DNA of 64,000 bases from NCBI GenBank assembly GCA_002363705.1, contig DEWQ01000011.1, positions 154,168 to 218,167 on the forward strand. The letters are read 5' to 3'. This DNA comes from Bacillales bacterium UBA3206. GTDB taxonomy: Bacteria; Bacillota_I; Bacilli_A; Acholeplasmatales; Anaeroplasmataceae. The translations under genes were made by a program, and so were the position numbers. Below are positions 49,190 to 60,461 of the stretch, in pieces. The notes beneath the pieces are model-generated. The model was given only the letters and a program-made list of their open reading frames with translations, did not search any database and was not told where the DNA came from. The stretch's first letter is position 1, and every line of letters begins with the position of its first letter.

Positions 49190-49729
49190 TTACTTTTTGT
49201 AAGGCATACCCATTAGCTTTAATAGGGCACGTCCCTCTTCATCAGTCTTAGCAGTAGTAACAATTACAACATCTAATCCACGGATCTTCTTAACTTCCTC
49301 GAAATTAATTTCTGGGAAAATTAATTGCTCCTTAACTCCTAGAGTATAGTTACCACGACCATCAAAGGCATCAGCAGAGATTCCACGGAAATCACGTACA
49401 CGTGGAAGAGCGATAGAAATAAGCTTATCTAAGAACTCATACATTCTCTCTCCTCTAAGTGTAGCCTTGCATCCGATAGGCATTCCCTCACGTAGCTTAA
49501 ATGTTGCAATTGACTTCTTTGCCTTAGTTACAACTGGCTTTTGACCAGCAATCTTAGTCATTTCAGCTACTGCATCATCTAAAACCTTTGAATTACTTGT
49601 TGCATCACCAACTCCCATATTTAATACGATCTTTTCAATCTTAGGGATTTCCATTGATGAAGTATAGTTAAATTGCTTTTGTAATTCTGCTCTTACAGAA
49701 TTTTGATATTTCTCTTGTAAACGATTCAT
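49190..49729 (-). CDS. rplE: 50S ribosomal protein L5
   Basis: Sequence match to L5. Confidence 0.95.
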   Translation of the reverse strand: MNRLQEKYQNSVRAELQKQFNYTSSMEIPKIEKIVLNMGVGDATSNSKVLDDAVAEMTKIAGQKPVVTKAKKSIATFKLREGMPIGCKATLRGERMYEFLDKLISIALPRVRDFRGISADAFDGRGNYTLGVKEQLIFPEINFEEVKKIRGLDVVIVTTAKTDEEGRALLKLMGMPYKK

Positions 49730-49759
49730 AATTTAATAGTTTACCTCCTCTCTTGAAGA

Positions 49760-50101
49760 TTACTTAAATTCATAACCAGATTGCTTTGACACTCTGATCT
49801 TCTCGCCTTTATCATTTGTCTTGATAGAAACACGGCAAGGCTTATTTGTCTTAGGATCTAATAACATAACGTTAGATACAGCAATTGGAGCCTCTACCTC
49901 AACGATGCTACCAGAAGCTTGTGCCTGATTAGGCTTAACGTGCTTCTTAACGATATTAACACCCTCTACTAAAACCTTGTTAGTCTTAGGGAAAGCCTTT
50001 AATACCTTACCAGTTGTAAGAGTCTTGTTACCCTTCTTATCAACTGTAAACTTATTCTTACCTGCGATTACTACTACAGTATCTCCTGTTTTAATAAGCA
50101 T
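49760..50101 (-). CDS. rplX: 50S ribosomal protein L24
   Basis: Sequence match to L24. Confidence 0.95.
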   Translation of the reverse strand: MLIKTGDTVVVIAGKNKFTVDKKGNKTLTTGKVLKAFPKTNKVLVEGVNIVKKHVKPNQAQASGSIVEVEAPIAVSNVMLLDPKTNKPCRVSIKTNDKGEKIRVSKQSGYEFK

Positions 50102-50111
50102 AGTTTACCTC

Positions 50112-50480
50112 CTATAGAACTTCTGGAGCTAGTGAAACGATCTTCATGTAATTCTTATCACGAAGCTCTCTAGCTACAGGTCCGAAAATACGAGTTCCCT
50201 TTGGATTTAAATCATCTGAAATAAGAACTGCTGCATTCTCGTCAAACTTAATATATGATCCGTCAGCTCTTCTAAGACCTTGCTTAGTACGAACGATAAC
50301 GGCCTTTACTACATCACCCTTCTTAACTCCACCGTTAGGTAATGCATTCTTAACAGAGCAAATAACAATGTCACCAACATTGGCATATCTATGTAATGCT
50401 CCACCTAATACCTTAATAATTAATAACTCACGTGCTCCTGAATTGTCAGCAACAGCAAGTCTAGTTTCTTGTTGTACCAT
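50112..50480 (-). CDS. rplN: 50S ribosomal protein L14
   Basis: Sequence match to L14. Confidence 0.95.
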   Translation of the reverse strand: MVQQETRLAVADNSGARELLIIKVLGGALHRYANVGDIVICSVKNALPNGGVKKGDVVKAVIVRTKQGLRRADGSYIKFDENAAVLISDDLNPKGTRIFGPVARELRDKNYMKIVSLAPEVL

Positions 50481-50510
50481 TGTGAATACCTCCTTCTTTG
50501 GTAGTTAAAA

Positions 50511-50771
50511 TTAAAGAGTCTCAGTAGTCTTTAATACTGATACTAAACGGAAACGCTTGTTCTTTGATAATGGTCTAGTCTCCATAATCTTTACAGTGTC
50601 TCCAACCTTAGCTGTATTCTCTTCATCATGCGCATAAAGCTTAGTAGTTTGCTTAACACGCTTTCCGTAAATTCTGTCCTTTACGTAGTGGTCTACAGCA
50701 ACAGTGATTGTCTTATCCATCTTATCAGATACTACAACACCAGTGAAAGTCTTTCTTGTATTACGCTCCAT
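50511..50771 (-). CDS. rpsQ: 30S ribosomal protein S17
   Basis: Sequence match to S17. Confidence 0.95.
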   Translation of the reverse strand: MERNTRKTFTGVVVSDKMDKTITVAVDHYVKDRIYGKRVKQTTKLYAHDEENTAKVGDTVKIMETRPLSKNKRFRLVSVLKTTETL

Positions 50772-50773
50772 AA

Positions 50774-50965
50774 CTAAGCCTCCTTACGCTCGCTTAGAAT
50801 TGTATTCATTCTAGCGATAGTCTTTCTTACTTGGTTGATGCGAGCAGTGTTTTCGCATTGTCCAAGCTCATTTTGAAGCTTTAGGTTGAATAATTCAGCC
50901 TTAAGCTCTAAGATTTGTGCATTAATTTCCTCAGTAGATAACTTACGAATATCTGCGTTTTTCAT
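50774..50965 (-). CDS. rpmC: 50S ribosomal protein L29
   Basis: Sequence match to L29. Confidence 0.9.
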   Translation of the reverse strand: MKNADIRKLSTEEINAQILELKAELFNLKLQNELGQCENTARINQVRKTIARMNTILSERKEA

Positions 50966-51384
50966 TACTCAGCATCCTCCTTCTTAGCGAACTTTGTCTT
51001 GATTGGTAGCTTATGTCCTGCAAGTCTTAATGCCTCACGAGCAGTAGCCTCATCAACTCCACCAACCTCGAAAATTAACATTCCCTTCTTAACTACAGCA
51101 ACCCATTGCTCAGGTGATCCTTTTCCAGATCCCATACGTACAGCAAGTGGCTTCTTAGTCTTAGAAATATGAGGGAAAACCTTGATATATACTTTTCCAC
51201 CACGAGCGAAATATCTAGTGATGGCAATACGAGCTGCCTCAAGTTGGTGGTTAGTTAACCAGCATCCCTCTTGAGCAACTAGTCCGTACTCTCCGAATGA
51301 GATTTCAGTATTTCCCTTTGGGCATCCTTCATAATAAACTCTATGAGGACGTCTAAACTTTGTTCTCTTTGGTAACATTAACAT
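50965..51384 (-). CDS. rplP: 50S ribosomal protein L16
   Basis: Sequence match to L16. Confidence 0.95.
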   Translation of the reverse strand: MLMLPKRTKFRRPHRVYYEGCPKGNTEISFGEYGLVAQEGCWLTNHQLEAARIAITRYFARGGKVYIKVFPHISKTKKPLAVRMGSGKGSPEQWVAVVKKGMLIFEVGGVDEATAREALRLAGHKLPIKTKFAKKEDAE

Positions 51385-51386
51385 AA

Positions 51387-52166
51387 TTACTTAGCCTCCT
51401 TATCAGAAGTCTCAGCAGCAGCCTTAGGTGCCTTAGCATCCTTAGCGAAAGACTTCTTAGGTGCACGCTTTGCCTTATCATTGCGAGCATTTCTCTCAGC
51501 CTTATCTGCTTCTTGTCTCTTCTTAAGGTTAAGAACCTCTCCTCTGTAAATCCAAACCTTAACTCCTAGCTTTCCGTAAGTTGTGTTTGCCTCTTCGCAA
51601 GCATAATCAACATCAGCACGAAGTGTTTGTAGAGGTACTTGTCCTTCATTATATCCCTCAGAACGAGCCATTTCAGCTCCTCCAAGTCTACCAGAGATAA
51701 GAGTCTTAACTCCCTTAGCTCCAGCCTTTAAAGCTCTTTGAATTGCAAGCTTTTGAGCACGTCTGAATGATGCACGTGCCTCTAATTGCTCAGCAATTGA
51801 CTTTGCTACTAATGTAGCATCTAATTCTGGTCTCTTGATCTCAACAATGTTAAGGACGATTTCCTTCTTAGTAAGATACTCAAGCTCAGATACCACTTTA
51901 TTCTTTGTTTCTGCTTCCTTACCGATTACAACACCTGGCTTAGCAGTATAAAGTGAAATTTTAACACGATCCTTGTTTGTTCCCTTTGAACGTTCGATTA
52001 CGACACGTGACATTGAAGCATTCTTATAAGTCTTCTCAAGATACTTACGAATCTTAAGATCCTCTAGTAATAAGTCTGCAACATCGTTCTTAGCTGCATA
52101 CCAAGATGCATCCCAGTCACGATTAATTCCAACACGTAATCCAACTGGACTTACCTTTTGACCCAT
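51387..52166 (-). CDS. rpsC: 30S ribosomal protein S3 (Lys/Ala-rich C-terminal extension)
   Basis: Sequence match to S3. Confidence 0.95.
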   Translation of the reverse strand: MGQKVSPVGLRVGINRDWDASWYAAKNDVADLLLEDLKIRKYLEKTYKNASMSRVVIERSKGTNKDRVKISLYTAKPGVVIGKEAETKNKVVSELEYLTKKEIVLNIVEIKRPELDATLVAKSIAEQLEARASFRRAQKLAIQRALKAGAKGVKTLISGRLGGAEMARSEGYNEGQVPLQTLRADVDYACEEANTTYGKLGVKVWIYRGEVLNLKKRQEADKAERNARNDKAKRAPKKSFAKDAKAPKAAAETSDKEAK

Positions 52167-52182
52167 GTGATTTCCTCCTTAA

Positions 52183-52533
52183 TTAATCTCTCTCTGCAAC
52201 AACTACAGTAATGTTGCAAGTTCTCTTGATGATAACGTCTCCACGTCCCTTAGCACGTGGTAACATTCTCTTCATTCTTAATCCGTCATTTACGAATGCA
52301 GCCTTAACATATAGATTCTCTTTATTTAATCCATTATTGTGCTCTGCATTAGCAACAGCTGAATTTAACACCTTAATTACAGCCTCATTTGCTCCCTTGT
52401 TAGTAAGCTTTAATAAAGCAGCAGCCTCATTAACATTCTTACCACGAATCATATCGATTACAAGACGAGCCTTACGAGGAGTTACTCTTACAGTGTTAGC
52501 AGTTGCTTTAACTTCAATCTTATTTGCTTCCAT
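52183..52533 (-). CDS. rplV: 50S ribosomal protein L22
   Basis: Sequence match to L22. Confidence 0.95.
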   Translation of the reverse strand: MEANKIEVKATANTVRVTPRKARLVIDMIRGKNVNEAAALLKLTNKGANEAVIKVLNSAVANAEHNNGLNKENLYVKAAFVNDGLRMKRMLPRAKGRGDVIIKRTCNITVVVAERD

Positions 52534-52553
52534 TATAGTTTCCTCCTCTTAAA

Positions 52554-52832
52554 TTACTTGCTTGACTTGTCATCATCAGCAACGTGTCCCTTGAATGTTC
52601 TAGTAGGTGCAAACTCACCAAGCTTGTGTCCTACCATATCCTCAGTAACGTATACTGGTGTATGCTCACGACCGTTATAAACACCAAAAGTGTGTCCTAC
52701 GAAAGCAGGATAAATTGTTGAACGGCGTGACCAAGTTTGAATAACTTTATTTTCCTTAGCAGCATTTTGAGCTTCTACCTTCTTCATAAGAGAAGCATCA
52801 ACAAATGCGCCCTTCTTTATTGAACGTGACAT
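52554..52832 (-). CDS. rpsS: 30S ribosomal protein S19
   Basis: Sequence match to S19. Confidence 0.95.
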   Translation of the reverse strand: MSRSIKKGAFVDASLMKKVEAQNAAKENKVIQTWSRRSTIYPAFVGHTFGVYNGREHTPVYVTEDMVGHKLGEFAPTRTFKGHVADDDKSSK

Positions 52833-52853
52833 ATATTAATTTTCCTCCTATAA

Positions 52854-53687
52854 TTACTTATCGTTTCTACGACGAACGATTAACTTATTAGAAGCCTTCT
52901 TATGCTTTCTAGTCTTAAGTCCTAGAGCTGGCTTACCCCAAGGAGTAACTGGGTTAGCACGTCCGATAGGTGCCTTACCTTCTCCTCCTCCATGTGGGTG
53001 GTCATTAGGGTTCATAACTGATCCACGTACCTCAGGACGAAGTCCCATCTTACGTGCACGACCAGCCTTACCAATCTTTACTAGCTCGTGCTCAGCATTT
53101 CCAACTGTTCCAATTGTAGCCTTGCAAGTTCCTAATACCTTACGAACTTCACCAGAGCTTAAACGAACTAATACATATTTCTCCTCACGTCCTAGGATTT
53201 GAGCAGATGTACCAGCACTACGTGCTAATTGTCCACCCTTACCAGGATGTAACTCGATATTGTGAACTACAGATCCAACTGGGATTAATGCGATAGGAAG
53301 TGCATTTCCAACCTTGATATCAGCATTCTTTCCTGAAAGAATCTTTGTTCCTACTGTTAATCCTTCTGGAGCAAGAATATATCTCTTCTCTCCATCAGCA
53401 TAACTAACTAATGCGATATTTGCACTTCTATTTGGATCGTACTCAATAGTCTTAACTGTTGCCTCGATATCATCCTTATTTCTCTTGAAATCGATAATAC
53501 GATAGAATCTCTTAACTGTTCCACCTCTATGACGAACAGTGATACGTCCAGTGTTATTACGTCCTGCGTTAATCTTAGCAGGTACTAATAATGACTTCTC
53601 AGGAGTGCTTGTTGTAATCTCATCAAATGTTAGTACTGACATATTACGTCTACCATTAGTGATAGCCTTATACTTTCTAATACCCAT
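52854..53687 (-). CDS. rplB: 50S ribosomal protein L2
   Basis: Sequence match to L2. Confidence 0.95.
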   Translation of the reverse strand: MGIRKYKAITNGRRNMSVLTFDEITTSTPEKSLLVPAKINAGRNNTGRITVRHRGGTVKRFYRIIDFKRNKDDIEATVKTIEYDPNRSANIALVSYADGEKRYILAPEGLTVGTKILSGKNADIKVGNALPIALIPVGSVVHNIELHPGKGGQLARSAGTSAQILGREEKYVLVRLSSGEVRKVLGTCKATIGTVGNAEHELVKIGKAGRARKMGLRPEVRGSVMNPNDHPHGGGEGKAPIGRANPVTPWGKPALGLKTRKHKKASNKLIVRRRNDK

Positions 53688-53723
53688 GATTATTTATTCT
53701 CCTATAATTTTCTAATATTTTAA

Positions 53724-54026
53724 TTACTCAATGTTGAATGCTGCGATTGTTTGTCCCTCAGCAAGCTCTACGATGGCCTTCTTGTATGCGGCAGTCTTAC
53801 CTTCATACTTTCCCATTCTCTTAGCCTTACCAGCAACATTTAATGTATTAACTGATAAAACCTTAACATTGAAGATTGCCTCTACGGCTTCCTTGATTTC
53901 GATCTTGTTTGCCTTTGGATCAACAGCAAAAGTATACTTATTGCTTTGCTCCTTTAAAGACATAGACTTCTCAGTAATGATAGGTCTCTTAATGATGTCA
54001 TAATGTTTTGCAATTACTTGTGCCAT
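53724..54026 (-). CDS. rplW: 50S ribosomal protein L23
   Basis: Sequence match to L23. Confidence 0.95.
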   Translation of the reverse strand: MAQVIAKHYDIIKRPIITEKSMSLKEQSNKYTFAVDPKANKIEIKEAVEAIFNVKVLSVNTLNVAGKAKRMGKYEGKTAAYKKAIVELAEGQTIAAFNIE

Positions 54027-54027
54027 T

Positions 54028-54651
54028 TTACTTCAAAGCCTCCTCGAAATATGAAATTGCATCTGATGTCATAACTAACTTGTCATAGCATAAGATGTCG
54101 TATACAGATGAATGCTCAGCTGTATTTACAAATACTGTTTGTAAGTTTCTAGCGCTTAATGCTGTATTAGCATCTAGCTCCTTAACTAATACTAAAGTCT
54201 TTCCATTTGCATTGATGTTGTTAAGGAATGCGATGAAATCCTTAGTCTTAATAGCATCAAACTTAATTGAGTCTACTGCTACTAACTTCTCATTTAATAC
54301 CTTGTAAGATAATGCTGACTTAAGTCCTAATTGTCTTACCTTCTTATTTACCTTAACATCATACTTTCTTGGATGAGGTCCAAATACTGTACCTCCACCA
54401 CGCCATTGTGGAGCACGGATAGATCCTTGACGAGCACGTCCAGTACCCTTTTGTCTCCATGGCTTCTTTCCACCACCAGCAACTTCATGACGAACTAAAG
54501 TATCATGTGTTCCTTGGCGCATAGCAGCTCTTTGAGCGTTAACTACATCGTAAATTACTTGTTGGTTAGGCTCAATTCCAAAAATCTCTTCTGATAAAGT
54601 GATGTCTTTTACCTTTTTACCAGCTTGATTTAATAATGCGATTGTTGGCAT
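54028..54651 (-). CDS. rplD: 50S ribosomal protein L4
   Basis: Sequence match to L4. Confidence 0.95.
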   Translation of the reverse strand: MPTIALLNQAGKKVKDITLSEEIFGIEPNQQVIYDVVNAQRAAMRQGTHDTLVRHEVAGGGKKPWRQKGTGRARQGSIRAPQWRGGGTVFGPHPRKYDVKVNKKVRQLGLKSALSYKVLNEKLVAVDSIKFDAIKTKDFIAFLNNINANGKTLVLVKELDANTALSARNLQTVFVNTAEHSSVYDILCYDKLVMTSDAISYFEEALK

Positions 54652-54671
54652 AATAAATCTCCTTTCCTATA

Positions 54672-55319
54672 TTACTTAGCAGCCTTTACAGCTGACTTAA
54701 TTTCTACATAACCATTCTTTGGTCCTGGAACATTACCCTTAATAAGGATAAGGTTTCTCTCTGTATCAACCTTAGCGATTGTAAGGTTTTGTAATGTAAC
54801 CTTCTCAACTCCCATATGTCCAGGCATTTTCTTACCCTTCATATTTCCCTTGATAGGTCCCATTGATCCAACCTCTCTATGAGAAGCAGATACTCCGTGT
54901 GTCATTCTTTGACGACGGTGGTTATAACGCTTGATTGTTCCGGCATATCCTTTACCTTTTGAAACTCCAGTAACGTCAATAACTTCACCCTCAGCGAAGA
55001 TATCACACTTTATTTCTTGACCAACACTATAAGATACTAACTCGTTTCCTCCTTGTGCTTCTGAGAAACGGAATTCTCTTATGAAGCGCTTAGGAGCAGT
55101 GTTTGCCTTGCTAGCATGTCCAGTCTCTGGCTTGTTAGCAACATTTTCACCCTTGTCGGCGAAACCAACTTGTACAGCCTCGTAACCATCATTCTCAACA
55201 GTCTTTTGTTGAAGAACAACGTTTGGTGTACAGTCAATAACTGTTACAGGTACTAAATTACCCGCTGCATCGAAAATTTGAGTCATGCCCAATTTTCTAC
55301 CTAAGATTCCCTTAGCCAT
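54672..55319 (-). CDS. rplC: 50S ribosomal protein L3
   Basis: Sequence match to L3. Confidence 0.95.
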   Translation of the reverse strand: MAKGILGRKLGMTQIFDAAGNLVPVTVIDCTPNVVLQQKTVENDGYEAVQVGFADKGENVANKPETGHASKANTAPKRFIREFRFSEAQGGNELVSYSVGQEIKCDIFAEGEVIDVTGVSKGKGYAGTIKRYNHRRQRMTHGVSASHREVGSMGPIKGNMKGKKMPGHMGVEKVTLQNLTIAKVDTERNLILIKGNVPGPKNGYVEIKSAVKAAK

Positions 55320-55358
55320 TTAAATTACACCTCTTTGTTTCTTTCTTGTTTTTTGTTT

Positions 55359-55667
55359 TTACTTCTTTAAAGCAATATCAACACCACTAGGTAGTGCAAT
55401 GTGCATTAAAGCGTCGATTGTTGCTGGATTTGGATCAACAATCTCGATTAATCTCTTATGAGTTCTACGCTCGAATTGCTCACGTGAATCCTTGTTAACG
55501 TGTGGAGAACGTAAGATAGTGAAGATTTCCTTCTCTGTTGGAAGAGGAATAGGTCCATTAACTTGAGAACCTGCCTTCTTTACACTCTCAACAATTTTTG
55601 CTGCAGATTGATCTAATAATCTGTGATCATAAGACTTTAAACGAATTCTAATTTTTTCTTTTGCCAT
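55359..55667 (-). CDS. rpsJ: 30S ribosomal protein S10
   Basis: The track ORF is over-extended. The true start '[15 protein letters not shown]' at 55667 has RBS 'aaaggag'. Confidence 0.9.
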   Translation of the reverse strand: MAKEKIRIRLKSYDHRLLDQSAAKIVESVKKAGSQVNGPIPLPTEKEIFTILRSPHVNKDSREQFERRTHKRLIEIVDPNPATIDALMHIALPSGVDIALKK

Positions 55668-55944
55668 TTTTAAAGTACTCCTTTCGCCTATAATCCTTGT
55701 ATAGACTTGCTCCGTGGAAAAACCCAATCCACTGTTGTGACAACGCCTTTCAGTGTATCGGCAACCTCCCACTTCACAGCCATTTGCTCGTTAGTCGAGC
55801 CTTTATCATTATATAATAGTTTTTTGTTTATTTCAAGTATTATTTTTAAAAAGTGAAAACTATTTTTTAGCCTAATATTTAACCTATTTATATATGACAA
55901 AAAGGCATAGAAAACTCTATGCCTCTTCTTCATATTATATATTA

Positions 55945-57456
55945 TTAATCCTTCTTCTCAGTTGAATTCTCTTTACCCTTAGCAATAAGCTTTCCACCAA
56001 GATATCCAGCAAGTAATGACTTGATATCTAATCCTGTTGCTTGCTCAAGTCCTGCAAATATTTGAGTACCATTTCTTGTAATCTCCTCATTAAGCTTTGC
56101 AGTATTTCCTTCACCATACATTGTAATACTATCAATCTTAGACATAGCTGATGCCATAGGCTCTGCATATGCCTTAATCATTTCAGGTAATACATTTGAA
56201 TCAAGAATTAATTGTAATGTTGCAGCCTCACCATATTGCTTCATAGCGTCTGCCTTTGCCTTAATAGCATCAGCCTCTGCCTTACCTTTAGCCTCAATTC
56301 CAGCTGCCTCTGCAAGTGCAGCCTCCTTTTTAGCAAGAGCCTCAATCTTAAGAGCCTCTGCTTGTTTCTCCTTAGCAACACGCTCAGCCTCTGCTCTAAT
56401 CTTTTGCATCTCAGCCTCTTGCTCAAGCTCATACTTCTTAGCCTCTGCAGCCTTTTGACGAATGAATAGATCAGCCTCTGCCTTTTGCTCAGCTGCATAC
56501 TTCTCTGCTTCAGCCTGCTTGTTAATTTGAGCTTGAAGCTTTCTTTCTTGAAGCTCAACTTCCTTTTGTCCTAGTTCAACTTCTCTTTCTCTCTTAGCGA
56601 TATCAGCATTAATCTTTGCAATATTAATTTCCTGTTGCTTTTTTTGCTCCTCAATCGAATATGCAGCATCAGCTGTTGCCTTAGCTGTATCTGTCTTTTG
56701 CTTTAATGCTGACTCCTTTAATGAAAGCTCAGTATTTTGCTCAATAATCTTTTGATTTGCAGCAACTCTTGAATTATTAGCTGCTTCCTCAGCAAGTGAT
56801 TTAGCAATTGTAACATCTCTATCAGCATTTGCCTTAGCAATAGCTGCATCCTTAGATATTTGTGAGATATTATCAATTCCTAGATTTTCAATAACATGAT
56901 TATCATCTGAGAATGATTGAATGTTGAAATTTACAACCTCAATACCCATCTTAGCCATATCAGGAACAACATTTTCCTTAACGGATTGTGCTACTCCTTG
57001 TCTATCCTGAACTAGCTTTTTAATATCAACTGTACCAATAATTTCACGCATGTTTCCTTGAAGAACCTGTTGAACCTGCATTTGAAGATTCTTTTCATTC
57101 ATATTTAATATAGCCTCTGCAGCTCTATCTAGAAGCTCAGGATTAGATGAAATCTTCAAATTGGCAACACCATCAACTCTAATATTAATGAAATTAGATG
57201 TAGGTATAGCCTCATCAGTCTTGATATCTACCTGGAATACACGAAGTGATAGCTTATCAATACGTTGTAAGAATGGAATACGGAATCCAGCTCTTCCAAT
57301 AAGAATCTTTCTTTTTCCCATTCCTGAAATAATAAGAGCTGTATCAGGTGCAGCCTTAACATAGCTTAGAATAAATAATAATATTAATAAGGCTACTGCT
57401 ACTATAACTCCTATTACAATTCCCATAGTTGGGACACCTAAAATTAATTGAATCAT
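55945..57456 (-). CDS. floT: Flotillin-like SPFH/band-7 membrane protein
   Basis: It has an N-terminal TM, an SPFH domain and a long Ala/Glu/Lys coiled coil with the flotillin C-terminal 'EAATLQLILDSNVLPEM' region. Confidence 0.75.
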   Translation of the reverse strand: MIQLILGVPTMGIVIGVIVAVALLILLFILSYVKAAPDTALIISGMGKRKILIGRAGFRIPFLQRIDKLSLRVFQVDIKTDEAIPTSNFINIRVDGVANLKISSNPELLDRAAEAILNMNEKNLQMQVQQVLQGNMREIIGTVDIKKLVQDRQGVAQSVKENVVPDMAKMGIEVVNFNIQSFSDDNHVIENLGIDNISQISKDAAIAKANADRDVTIAKSLAEEAANNSRVAANQKIIEQNTELSLKESALKQKTDTAKATADAAYSIEEQKKQQEINIAKINADIAKREREVELGQKEVELQERKLQAQINKQAEAEKYAAEQKAEADLFIRQKAAEAKKYELEQEAEMQKIRAEAERVAKEKQAEALKIEALAKKEAALAEAAGIEAKGKAEADAIKAKADAMKQYGEAATLQLILDSNVLPEMIKAYAEPMASAMSKIDSITMYGEGNTAKLNEEITRNGTQIFAGLEQATGLDIKSLLAGYLGGKLIAKGKENSTEKKD

Positions 57457-57517
57457 AACCTTTTCTTCCTCCTACCTTTATGATTTCTATAAACGAATAA
57501 TAGTTTATGAGTAAAAA

Positions 57518-57557
57518 TAAAGACTTTTGATATGTATCAAAAGTCTTGAAAATTTAA
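57518..57557 (-). terminator. rho-independent terminator after ptsI-like gene
   Basis: A 12-bp perfect stem aagacttttgat/atcaaaagtctt is followed by a U-run on the minus strand. Confidence 0.6.
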
Positions 57558-57709
57558 AATGTTACCGGACCCTTATGGATCGACTGACGATAGCATTCCT
57601 GCACGCAGGATTCTACTCCCTTTTATTTATTATTCATTTACAATATAATTTTAGAATATTTTTTATCATAAATCAATATAAATCGTAAAAAATCGTACAG
57701 CTATTATTC

Positions 57710-59212
57710 TTATTCCTCTAACTCATTAAGCAAGGCATCATTTAGAGCTCTTGCAGATGCACAGGAAACACTAAAGTTTTTAATACCTACTCTATATAGC
57801 CTACGTACTACAGGCTTAACTGAAGCAAGCTCTCCACAAATAGATAATCCTATACCTTTTTCATTTAATACATCTACAACTCTTCTAAGTGTATTAATTA
57901 AATCCTTAATAAAGACTCTATAATTAAGCGTATCCTCTCTTGATATATTATAAAGCTCCTTAGTTAAATCATTAGTTCCAAGGCTCATAAAATCGCAGTC
58001 ATTGAAGGTTTCAATATTTTCTACTGCCATTTTAGTCTCAAGCATCATACCAATTTGAATTGGCATATCATTATTTAATTCCTTCTTTATTCTTAATACC
58101 CAATCCTTAAGATATTGGAATTCCTCATTTGTTTCAATCATAGGAAACATAATCTTCATGTTTCCATACTTATTTGCATTAATCAACGCTTTTATTTGGG
58201 TTTCAAAAATAATAGGATTATTCTTATAATTATCAATACCCTTATGGAATGTCTTAATATATGAAAGCTGTTTATCATCACCTATATCAAATGTACGGAA
58301 GCAAATATTCCTATCCTGCATCATATCACATGCCTCAGAATATATTTTATTTTGCTCCTCATATGACATTGGTCTATCAAGATTCATAAATATAAGCTCT
58401 GTACGATATAATCCAACACCATTCATATTGTATTTTAAAACCTTGTATAAATCATTATTAGATGTGACATTTGCGAATATATGAATTCCAAATGAACTAA
58501 AATCATTTATCTCAAATGATTCCTTATCAATTTTTAATTTATTATATTCATCAATATCCTTTTGCTTTGGCTCTAGATTAATGATATTCTTTCTTGTATC
58601 TATTAACACATTTCCGTCTATAGGATCAATATCATCTACAAGAACATATGGTATCTCACGTGCCTTACAAAGAATAGCACTATGTGATGTGTATCCTCCA
58701 TTTAGAGCTATTACACCAATAATTTGCTTATCGTATGTCATAAGATATGAAGGATATAAATTATCTGTTACAAGAATAAACTCTCCATTAACATTTATAG
58801 CCTCATTATCATCAAGATTAAGCATTACTCTTCTCTTGATATCCTCCATATCTAAAGCTCTTTCCTGAAGATATGTTGTACGAGCCTCATTAAACTTTTT
58901 TATATAATCATCAAAAATCTCCTCCAGAGCTCTATGTGCTGTATAATGTTTCTCATTAATTAGCCTTATAACATCACCATATAATACTGGATCCTTTACA
59001 AGCATTTGCTGAACATTAATTAGCTCACAGTCATCTCTATTATCACGCTTTAATGATTCAAGATCTAAATACGCCTTATTTATAGCTTTATCTACGAGCT
59101 TATGCTCCTCAAAATCATTTGATGAATAAATATCATGATTTGATATATGCTTATGAGCCTTTACTACCTTACCATAAGCAAGCCCATTAGCGATTATAGC
59201 CTTGATGTTCAT
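57710..59212 (-). CDS. ptsI: Phosphoenolpyruvate-protein phosphotransferase (PTS enzyme I)-like, short 500-aa form
   Basis: It has an EI-like N-terminus 'MNIKAIIANGLAYGKVVKA', the phospho-His mobile domain 'GGYTSHSAILCKAREIPYVLV', and the PEP-binding barrel 'GVGLYRTELIFMN' and 'GTNDLTKE'. No ptsH is adjacent. Confidence 0.6.
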   Translation of the reverse strand: MNIKAIIANGLAYGKVVKAHKHISNHDIYSSNDFEEHKLVDKAINKAYLDLESLKRDNRDDCELINVQQMLVKDPVLYGDVIRLINEKHYTAHRALEEIFDDYIKKFNEARTTYLQERALDMEDIKRRVMLNLDDNEAINVNGEFILVTDNLYPSYLMTYDKQIIGVIALNGGYTSHSAILCKAREIPYVLVDDIDPIDGNVLIDTRKNIINLEPKQKDIDEYNKLKIDKESFEINDFSSFGIHIFANVTSNNDLYKVLKYNMNGVGLYRTELIFMNLDRPMSYEEQNKIYSEACDMMQDRNICFRTFDIGDDKQLSYIKTFHKGIDNYKNNPIIFETQIKALINANKYGNMKIMFPMIETNEEFQYLKDWVLRIKKELNNDMPIQIGMMLETKMAVENIETFNDCDFMSLGTNDLTKELYNISREDTLNYRVFIKDLINTLRRVVDVLNEKGIGLSICGELASVKPVVRRLYRVGIKNFSVSCASARALNDALLNELEE

Positions 59213-59281
59213 AATACCACCTCATTTGGCAATAATATTATACTATTTTTACACAAAAGAAAAAAGGCTTTTTGTAAAGCC

Positions 59282-60196
59282 TTAGTATTTCTTAAGTATT
59301 TCACCAAACTCGTATGGTGTTACCTGATATACATAATAATTTAACCAATTTAAGAATAGAATTGTCGCTGTACTTCTCCATAAAACATTGATATCACCAT
59401 TAATATAATAATTAACTGGCTCCTTTATAGGAAGATTCTTAGCTAAATCTCTTTTATATTCCTTATCTAGGGTAAACTTATCATATTCAACATGACCTAA
59501 TATGAAAAGCTTTGTATTATCAGTAGATTTAATAAGGGTATCACCTGCATCATCACTATGAGCAAGAACAACTAAATCCTTATTATTCTTTAAATCATCA
59601 TCACTAATTGTTGTATGTCTAGATTGTGGTATATAGAATATATCATCAATACCATTTAATAAAGCCTCAAACTTAACCATCTTTTTATGAGCAAATACTC
59701 CAAATAGCTTTTCCTTTAAAAGATGCTTCTTTATTCCATAATAATAATATAAGGCTGCTTGTGCTCCCCAACAAATATACATAGTAGTCGTTACATTTGT
59801 TTGTGCGAAATCAAAAATCTTACATAATTCTTCCCAATATTCGACCTCTTCAAATTCCATTTGTTCAACAGGCGCACCTGTAATAATCATTCCATCAAAT
59901 GTTTTATCCTTAATATCATCAAATTCCTTATAAAATCTTCCCATATGCTCCTCTGATGTATGAGTAGCCTTATGAGTAGATGTTTGAAGTAATGTCAAAT
60001 TAACCTGAAGGGTTGAATTAGCAAGAAGTCTTGCAAGCTGTGTTTCTGTCTCAATTTTTGTAGGCATCAAATTAAGTATTAAAATCTCAATTGGTCTTAT
60101 ATCTTGACTTGATGCTCTATCAGGACGCATAACAAAAACATTCTCATCTTCTAATGTTTTATATGCTGGTATATCCTCTGGTAAAATAATTGGCAT
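59282..60196 (-). CDS. metA: Homoserine O-acetyltransferase (MetA family)
   Basis: The N-terminus 'MPIILPEDIPAYKTLEDENVFVM...ILNLMP' is full length. Confidence 0.9.
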   Translation of the reverse strand: MPIILPEDIPAYKTLEDENVFVMRPDRASSQDIRPIEILILNLMPTKIETETQLARLLANSTLQVNLTLLQTSTHKATHTSEEHMGRFYKEFDDIKDKTFDGMIITGAPVEQMEFEEVEYWEELCKIFDFAQTNVTTTMYICWGAQAALYYYYGIKKHLLKEKLFGVFAHKKMVKFEALLNGIDDIFYIPQSRHTTISDDDLKNNKDLVVLAHSDDAGDTLIKSTDNTKLFILGHVEYDKFTLDKEYKRDLAKNLPIKEPVNYYINGDINVLWRSTATILFLNWLNYYVYQVTPYEFGEILKKY

Positions 60197-60199
60197 AAT

Positions 60200-60445
60200 G
60201 CATTCCTCCTTTTAAATAAAAAAACTCGTCCTCCTAAAAGGACGAGAATTAATCACGTGGTACCACCTTTAATTCGTAGATAAATATCTACCTCATGGCT
60301 TAACGCGCCAACACGTCTTTCGAAGCTCCGAGCTCACAAAATAAGATACAGTATGCAGCGTTACACCAATTAATCCTGCACTCGCTTTAAGGTATTTCCT
60401 TATTTATCTTCTCTTCATCGCTATAGGTAATATAACATAATTTAA
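60200..60445 (-). promoter_or_regulatory. T-box riboswitch leader upstream of metA (likely Met-specific)
   Basis: The minus-strand leader carries the conserved T-box sequence 'aattaaaggtggtaccacgtg' (plus 60244-60266), immediately followed by the terminator hairpin ctcgtcct-tttagg-aggacgag and U7 (plus 60217-60246). An AGAGA-like motif lies near the 5' end. Confidence 0.7.
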
Positions 60446-60461
60446 TTTTTAAGTCAAATAA

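Noticed and set aside
55688-55933. 81-aa minus-strand ORF and the N-terminal extension ([10 protein letters not shown]...) of the rpsJ ORF
   Set aside because: They lie in the S10-operon leader. S10 has a clear canonical start at 55667 with a strong RBS, and the upstream sequence is more plausibly a structured 5' UTR.
56236-56558. Antisense ORFs (77 and 105 aa, Leu/Arg-rich) inside the flotillin gene
   Set aside because: They are frame artefacts of the Ala/Glu/Lys coiled-coil coding region.
57560-57640. GC-rich segment (gttaccggacccttatggatcgactgacgatagcattcctgcacgcaggattctactccc) between ptsI and floT, considered as a small RNA or riboswitch
   Set aside because: It has only a short 6-bp hairpin and matches no riboswitch consensus I recognise. 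It may simply be floT promoter or UTR sequence, and would need a covariance scan.
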